From a virus (lineage: Duplodnaviria; Caudoviricetes), in the IMG/VR virus record IMGVR_UViG_3300023239_000036, positions 1-26,611 of that record: a stretch of 26,611 bases of DNA; one strand, written 5' to 3'. The notes beneath the pieces are model-generated. The model was not told the origin of the DNA. It worked only from the letters and a program-made list of their open reading frames with translations, and did no database searches. How positions within the stretch are numbered: the first letter of the stretch is position 1; every line of letters starts with the position of its first letter. Below are positions 15,789 through 24,700 of the stretch, piece by piece. Both the position numbers and the translations under genes were made by a program.

Positions 15789-18700
15789 TGGCTAAGAATG
15801 ATCAAAACGAAAGCGCACTACCTGTTCCAGGACAGAATAATAAAATCACTGCAAGTGACTTTTTACCTAAGTTCTTTAGAACACAAGCTAACAAAAAGTT
15901 TTTGCAAGGCACACTTGACCAACTTATACAACCTGGTGTTGCTGAAAAGATAAATGGTTATTATGGTAGAACAACTGCTAAAGCATATAAAGTAACTGAC
16001 AACTATATTGATGATGTATCAGCTAATAGAACTAACTATCAGCTAGAACCAGCGACAGTTATTAAAGATAACTATGACAATATAACTTTTTATAAAGACT
16101 ACAATGACTACATAGGGCAACTTGGTGTATATGGCGCAAGCGTAGATAATCACAGTCGTTTAAACAGCCAAGAAACATATGCTTGGAATCCAAGCATAGA
16201 TTGGGATAAGTTTGTAAACTTCCGCGAGTACTACTGGATGCCAAACGGTCCACTTAGTGTACAAGTTAGAGGACAGAGTAGAGATGTTGTTAGCACATAC
16301 ACTGTAACTACTGAAGACCAAGGCGATAATATTGCTTACATATTTAACGACGGATTAATACGTAACCCAGAATTAAATCTTTACCGAGGACAAACATACC
16401 GTTTTGAAATAGATGCACCTGGACATCCTATGTCAATTGCTCTTAGTAGAACGTTTACTCCAGGCGCGACAGTTGACACTAATGTTAGTACATTGTATAC
16501 TGACGGTATAACTGTGTATGACAAAGATGGTAATGTTACAACTCTTAGTTATATTGAAAAGGGAGCAATTGAATTTACTATTCCATCAAACGCTCCTGAC
16601 GTACTATATTATATTAGTAAAAATGCTATCGATACAAGTAACTTTATTAAAATTTATGACATTGAAGAAAATACATTTCTTAATATCGGCGAAGATGTAT
16701 TAGGTAAGAAAACTTATACTAGTGCAAACGGCGTTGCGTTATCTAACGGAATGAAAGTTAAATTCCAAGGCGATGTATTGCCTGCTGAATATAACACTAA
16801 CGATTGGTATGTAGAAGGAGTCGGCGACAAAATTAAATTAATTAAAGATCAAGATTTAATTATTCCAGCTGCATACAGTGATATTAATCGTATAGCATTT
16901 GATGCTGATAACTTTGACACTATGCCATTTTCTGATGCAACTGCATATGCAACTAATAAAGACTACATTGTCATTAACCGCGCAACACCAGACAGAAACG
17001 CCTGGAGTCGCTACAACAGATGGCACCACAAAGATGTAATTTTAAAGAGTTTTGAACTTAATAATTTAACAAGAAATGTTAACGAAGAAAATAGAGCGAA
17101 ACGTCCTATTATAGAATTTGAAGCAGGCTTAAAGCTACACAACTTCGGAGCATATGCTAAACAAGATGTTGACTTAATTGATACATTTACTACAGATGTG
17201 TTTAGTACTATTGAAGGACAAATAGGATATAATATTGACGGCATTAATCTTGCTGATAATATGCGTATTTTGTTCACAGCAGATACTGATGCATTAGTAA
17301 GCGGAAAAATATACCAAGTTAAATTTGTTAACATTGGAAATAACAGACAGCTTAGTTTAATTGAAACTACTGATACATTACCTATCGATCTTGAAACAGT
17401 GTTAATTACACAAGGTGTAAAAAATGCAGGTAAGAGTTATCACTACCATAACGCTAAGTGGACTACTGCACAAGAAAAAACAACACGTAATCAAGCTCCT
17501 ACATTTGAATTATGCGACACAAATGGTAACAACTACAGCAATGAAACTTATTATGGATCAACTACGTTTAACGGTACTAAGTTATTTTCATATGCTGTAG
17601 GCACAGGAACGGTAGACACTGAATTAGGATTTGCACTAGATTATAAGTCTATTAATAACTCAGGTGATATTGTATTTGATTTTAACTTACTGTCAGATAC
17701 ATTTACTTACCAAACAGATGATAATTTATACACACAAAAAATTAATGGCGGCTATTTAAAGAAATATAGTTCACTTACTAAATTTGCTTATGTAAATGGA
17801 TTTAGTAGCAAGCCTACTATTAGTAAACAGTATGTTATAAACGAATATGCTGCAACTGCCATTCAGGTTAATAACTTTGAAATTAATGTCTACGATAACT
17901 CGAGTAGTATTGCAGATTTAAAAGTAGTTGTGTTTGTCAATAACAAATTACAATTAATAACTACTGATTACACAATTGATAAAACTAAAGCCAATGCAGT
18001 TATTACATTTGTAAAAGATTTAGTAGCCACTGATGTTATTAAAATTAAAACAGACAGTAAAGCTATTAAAAATTCTAATGGCTATTACGAGTTTCCGTAT
18101 AACTTAGAACGCAATCCTCTAAACGATGATGTTAACCAATTCACACTTGGTGAAGTAATAGATCACGTTGATAGTATGCTAGAAGATATTCCAGGATATG
18201 CCGGTAATTACTTAGGATCAAGTAACTTGCGTGATTTAGGTGACCTAGATGAATTTGGTAAACGCTTTGTTAAACACAGCGGCCCAATCAACTTGCCGCT
18301 GTACCACGTAACTAATAAAAGTTATAATATTGTAAAGGCATTAAAATATTCTAAAAAAGAATATTCAAGATTTAAGAAGACTTTTTTAGACACCGCCGCA
18401 ACATTAGGATATGACGGTCCTATTAAAGAACATGTTGACCTTATATTAAAAACAATTAATAGTGATAAATTAAAGTCGCAGCCTTTTTACTTCTCAGACA
18501 TGCTGCCTGATGGCGCATCTAATAAAATAGCGTATACTATATTAGATAAAAGAACAACAGAGTATCCAATTACTGGAACTTTTAATTTATCTAAACTGAG
18601 CGCAGCAAGCACAACTGTATATTTAAATGGTACACAGTTAACTTATTTGAAAGATTATAATTTTAATATTGCTGGCTATGTTACAATCGAAGCTGGACAA

Positions 18701-21700
18701 ATAGAAAACGATTTAATTGAAATACACGAATATAATAATACTGATGGTAGCTTCGTTGCTCCTACTCCTAGTAAACTGGGATTATTTCCAAAGTATTATC
18801 CTGAGCTAACTATTGACGATACTGTACTTGCTGCTGAGCCAACAACTACTGGCCCATTTAAAGTATATGGCGAAGACAGTGCAACTGGTACTAGAGGCTG
18901 GTTTTATCCTGTGTACACAGCTAAAAGTGCAGCAGGCGCAGGTACTGCATCGAAATCCCATGTATTTACAGGAATGAATAAAATATTTTATATTCCTACA
19001 GCTGGCGCAACACTTGGCGGCAATGACAATATCGAAGTTACTGAATACTCAGTTGGCGTTGCTTTTATTAAGGGCCATGACGGCAGCTATATTAAAGCGT
19101 ATAAAGACTTTAGAGACGAGTTACTATTAGAACTAGAAAAAAGAATTTTTAATAATATTAAAGCAGAATATTCAACTGATAGGTTAGATGTTAATACTTT
19201 CATCGGTGGAGAATTTAGAGTTAATGAATTTACTAAAACTGAAATAGATAATACGTTGCTTGGTGATTTTACGCAGTGGTTGCAGCAAAATTTAAACAAT
19301 CAAACTTATACAAACAATACGTTCTACGACAGAACTAATAATTGGACATTTAACTATCAGGATACTACTTCACCAGCCGGTAATATAAACCCGGGATTCT
19401 GGAGAGGCATGTATTCTAGAGCATTTGATACTGACCGTCCTCACAGCCATCCGTGGGAGATGCTTGGCATCTCTACTAAGCCATCTTGGTGGAACACAGT
19501 TTACGGACCTGCTCCGTACACTGGCGACAACTTAGTTTTGTGGAAAGACTTAGAAGTAGGTCGCATCGCAGATCCTCTTAATACTAGAATTGATCTCAAC
19601 TATGCTCGCCCTGGATTAACTAACTGTATACCAGTTGATAGTAACGGTAAATTGCTATCGCCGATAAACAGTAAGTATGCTAAAGATTTCCAGATACAAA
19701 GTGCAACACAAAACTTTAAATTCGGCGATCATGCACCAATCGAAAATGCGTGGCGCAGAAGCTCCGAGTATCCGTTTGCTGTACTAACTGCAATGTTGTT
19801 AAATAAACCTGCTAAAACAATGGGCTTAGGATTTGATGTTTCTAGGATATCTAAGAATTTAGCAAATCAATGGGTTAACATAGATACAAATGCTCCTATT
19901 GTTATTAAAGATTTAACATTGCCAAACACATTTGATTCAGCTACACGAATTAATACAGCAGGGTTAGTAAACTACATTTATAACCTTGTAGCAAGTGATA
20001 TATTATCAGTATATAAGAGTTATAAAACTGACTTGTCGCTAATTACTAACCAAATTGGTGTTAAGATTGCTGGATTTACTAGTAAAGAAAAGTTTAATTT
20101 GATACTAGACAGCAGATCACCAACTCAGTCTTTAACACAAGACGGTATATTTGTCCCACAAGAAAACTATCAAGTATTTTTAAATACAAGTAGTCCTACT
20201 GAACTAGCAATATACAGTGGTATTATTATAGAACGAGCTGAACTAGGTTATATTGTAAGAGGATACAATTCAGAAAAGCCATACTTTGAATATTATGAAG
20301 CACTAACTGGGTCGTCTGCAAATATTGTAACAGTTGGCGGCATATCTGAAAAGATAGTTCCTTGGGATACTAATACTGCCTACATTAGCGGTGAAGTAAT
20401 ATTGCATAATAATGCATATTACAGAGTTATTACTTCTTTTACTAGTGACACAACGTTTAACACTAACGATATAGTTAAGCTTCCTGCACTTCCTCTTACT
20501 GGCGGAAGAACAGCAGCATTTAAGAAAGATTTTAATACTGTATCCCTTAAAAGAGTCCAATATGGAACACGCTTTACTACAGCACAAGATGTCGTTGACT
20601 TTATTTTAGGCTACAATGTAAGACAACAAGAGATGGGATTTAGTTTTGAGAATGTAATTGCTGGATCTAACGAAGTTGAAAACTGGAAGCAAGCAGCAAA
20701 GCAGTTCTTATTCTGGACAACACAAGGTTGGGCAAACAACTCACTGATTGCATTAAGTCCGGGCGCAAACTTATTAGAATTCCAAAAAGATTATGTTATA
20801 GTTGATAATATTAAAGACGATTTCTACGGATACAGTATTCTTAAAGCAGACGGTTTATTTTTAGATTCAGAATTTAATAGTCTGTTAAGAGATCAAAATA
20901 GTTTTGGTATCGAAACTATTGGCACTGACGAAGGCTTATACCATGTGTCTTTACCGTTAATACAAAAAGAACACGTTGTATTAATAGATAATACTACAGA
21001 CTTTAACGACACAATTTATAATCCAAGCACAGGTTATAGACAAGAGCGAATCCGCGTTAACGGTTACAGATCTGATGATTGGAATGGCGGATTAAATATT
21101 CCAGGATTTGTATATGACGATGCAAGCTTTACAGATTGGACTCAGTGGAAAGATTATAAGATCGGCGATATTGTAAAGTACAAGCAATATTACTATGTGG
21201 CAACAATAAATGCTACAGGGTCACAGAACTTTAATTCAACTAACTGGTATCAGTTAAGTGAAAAGCCTGAGTCACAGTTAATGACTAACTTTGATTACAG
21301 AGTTACACAGTTTACGGACTTTTATGATTTAGATTCAGATAGCTTTGATACTGAGCAGCAAAAAATGGCACAGCATTTGATAGGTTATCAAAAGCGCCAG
21401 TACCTTGCTAACATTATTAATGATGACGTAAGTCAGTTTAAATTCTACAGAGGCGCAATTGCAGACAAAGGCACAATGAATGTGTTTACTAAACTGTTTG
21501 ATGCACTAGGCAATACTGCTGATAACTTAGAATTTTACGAAGAATGGGCAATACAAGTTGGTCGTTATGGTGCAGTTGATGATGTACAGCAAGTAGAGTT
21601 TAACTTGCTGCAAGATGATATCCAAGAGTCTCCGCAAGCAGTTGAGCTTGTAAACGCTATACCTGAAACTAACTTTGATAAGATTTATAGAATTAAACCA

Positions 21701-24700
21701 AACGAAGTATTTGACAAGCCTGCAGGATATACTCACGCACCGTTTCCTACTAAGACACTAACTAATGAATATATTAGAACTGGCGGCTATACTAACGAAG
21801 ACGATGTTGACTTTATTGTTGGCAATTTAGAAGACCTTGCAACTGTTGATACTAACCAAATTAGTTTAGGTGATACTATATGGGTAACTGACACAGACAA
21901 TAAGAACTGGACAGTTATGCAACTAACACAAGGAACTGTTAATGTAGTTGGTGCAGACACAGTTGCTGCCACTTTTGCAGTTAACGGATTAAGTTTAGTA
22001 GAACTAACACTAGATAAGTGGGTAACTGGAATATTTGCAGTAGGCGACTACGTTGGCGTCCGTGGCGCACAAGAGTATAGTATTAATGGATTATATGAAG
22101 TTGATAATATTAATCTTAATAAAATACAAATAAGAGTTCCTATTGACAGCACCATTTCTTATTTTACAATTGAAGATAATAGAAGTTTTGCAATGTCTGC
22201 TCTAAGAACTATAAGAGTAAGTAATGTTGCAGGAATTAATGCTGCAACAAATCAAGATATTTATAGTAAACAGCGATTATGGATTGATACTTATAAGAGT
22301 GAATGGGCAGTATTAGAAAATAATTCTGTATATTTAAATTCTCAAGCAATTACAAATCCTTCAGATTATGACAGTACTGATCAAGGGTTTAGTGATAGTA
22401 TTGCTGTAAACGAAAACAATACTAATGTTTTTGTATCAGCACCAAATGACTTAAACGGCAAAGTTTCAGTATACCGTAGAACAAGAGAACAGTCTAATTT
22501 ATTATTAGACCAAGAAATTATTATAGATAATAATGACTTGTTTGCTATTGCAGATTCTGACTTTGGAAAAAGTGTTGCAGTATCACCGGACGGAGAATAT
22601 CTTATTGTAGGTATTCCGCAAGCTAGTAATGTTAAGACTAAACTAACTTATAAAACAGACGCAAGCACGGGCGCAAGCACATTTGACTTCCAACCAAACG
22701 CTGTGTATACTAAAAATAACATTGTACGGTATAGAGAAAGTTTATGGAAAACTAATAGGTCGATACTTCCACAGATTGCAAATCAGCCATTTAGTACTTT
22801 TGATACATATGTAAATCTTGTAAGTGCAGCAGATTCTGATAGTACAACTTTAAACTTGTTAGTTGCAGGTGATGCAGGGTTGCCAGGAAATTCGACAACT
22901 CATATGTTAGTCCGCGCTCCTAAAGATATGTATATTGGCACAACAGCCGGCGATACAATTAACTTATTCTGGAACAGACGTAGTTACACGTATCCTACAT
23001 TAGATAATTTTATTCCTTTTGAAGGCTTAATTCCAGAATTAACACCAGAGTTTATAAGTCAAGATCATACAATTGTTGAAAAAATTGACCATGTATTTTT
23101 TATTGACACTTTTGTATCATTACCAGTTGTGGGATCTATAGTAACAACTGATACAGGTAGTGCAGAAGTAGCATATGTAGGATCTCGTAGAGATAGTGCA
23201 GTTGTTTATGTTAAAAACACAAATGGTGTATTTAATGTTACTGGTGAAATGTTTATTAATGAATTAGATTTTGTAGGATTTTACACAGAAGAATCGACTT
23301 ATGCTACTAGTACTGCCATAGATGGCTACTGGATGATTAGCACAGGATTTAGTTATTCGAATAATAGTGTCTATTATGATACCGGCCGAGGCTTGGTATA
23401 TGCCGATGTTAAACTACAAGGATCAGTAAGAGCTCTTAACGAATACTATAACATTCAAGATACTGTTGGCGCAATTGGTGTATATGTAACTAACAAGAAC
23501 CAAGCAAGTTACATCGAGCAATTATCATATCGAGGAGATCCTGCAGGTGCCGACGCACAAGATGGCGTTGAAAGAGATTTACCAAGTAATAAATGGGTAG
23601 CTAGAGTAGGTAAGACATTTAGTGATTATTTAACAATTGGTGAAACACAAGAGTTCCGTTTGTACAATCTTGAAAACAGAGTAATTGATGTTGCAAGCCC
23701 CGGATTTTCATATGATATTCTAAACAAGCAACAAACCGTTGTTGATCTATGGGACGGCTATATTGACTTTACATTAACAGAATTTGACTTTCAAGGATTT
23801 GCATTTGAACCACAAATTGGTGATATTCTTGAAGATGTGCAAACACCTCGAGACGGCGCAGGAGGCTTGGCATTAACAACAATTAGTACAAGTACTGCTG
23901 AAGTTGTGTTTATAAAACGTAACTTTAACGCTGTGAGAGTTTATCTAAAAATTGCAACAGGCAGCTGGATAGAACAATCAAATATTGGACGTTTCCAGAT
24001 TCGCAGAAAGGCAAGTGTTGCGTTACGTGGCGCGACAGATGCTGACCGTACAATTGGTACCATAACAGATATTAATAACAGCATTGTGCTAGGCACATCA
24101 CTAGTCGGCAAATTAGTAGTATTCGAACATAGTAGTAACTTTAATATTGTTACCACACCAACAATTGTTGATGAAGAATATTGGTTCTTTGATGAAACTA
24201 CAGTAGCAGGCGTCCAACGATTATCAAATCCTCCATATAGTTTAAACAAAGATTATACACAAGTATATAATATCCCTGCTGACGCAACAGGAACAAGTCC
24301 AACTGTAGCAAACGAAGGTGCTGTTGCAATTTACAGAAGATTAAATGACGGCACTTACAGATTCCAAAATGTATTAATATCAGAGTATAGAGCAGCAAAT
24401 AGAAACTTTGGTGATAAAGTTGCAATAGTACAAACAGGAAACTTTTACACGCTATTAGTTAGTAGTAATAGTGACACTACTATACCAGTAACTGACTCAA
24501 CAGGCAGAAGATCGCAGCCAGGCTCGATTGAAATATTCCGCCATGGCACAAAAGCAACTGACAGCTTTAAGGGCGAATACCAAATAACAGCATACGCAAT
24601 TGGCGACATTGTAATATATAAAGACGATTATTATATTTGCCGCAAAGTAACAACAGTATCACAAAATGTTATAGTTGATCCAATATACTGGAATAAAATT

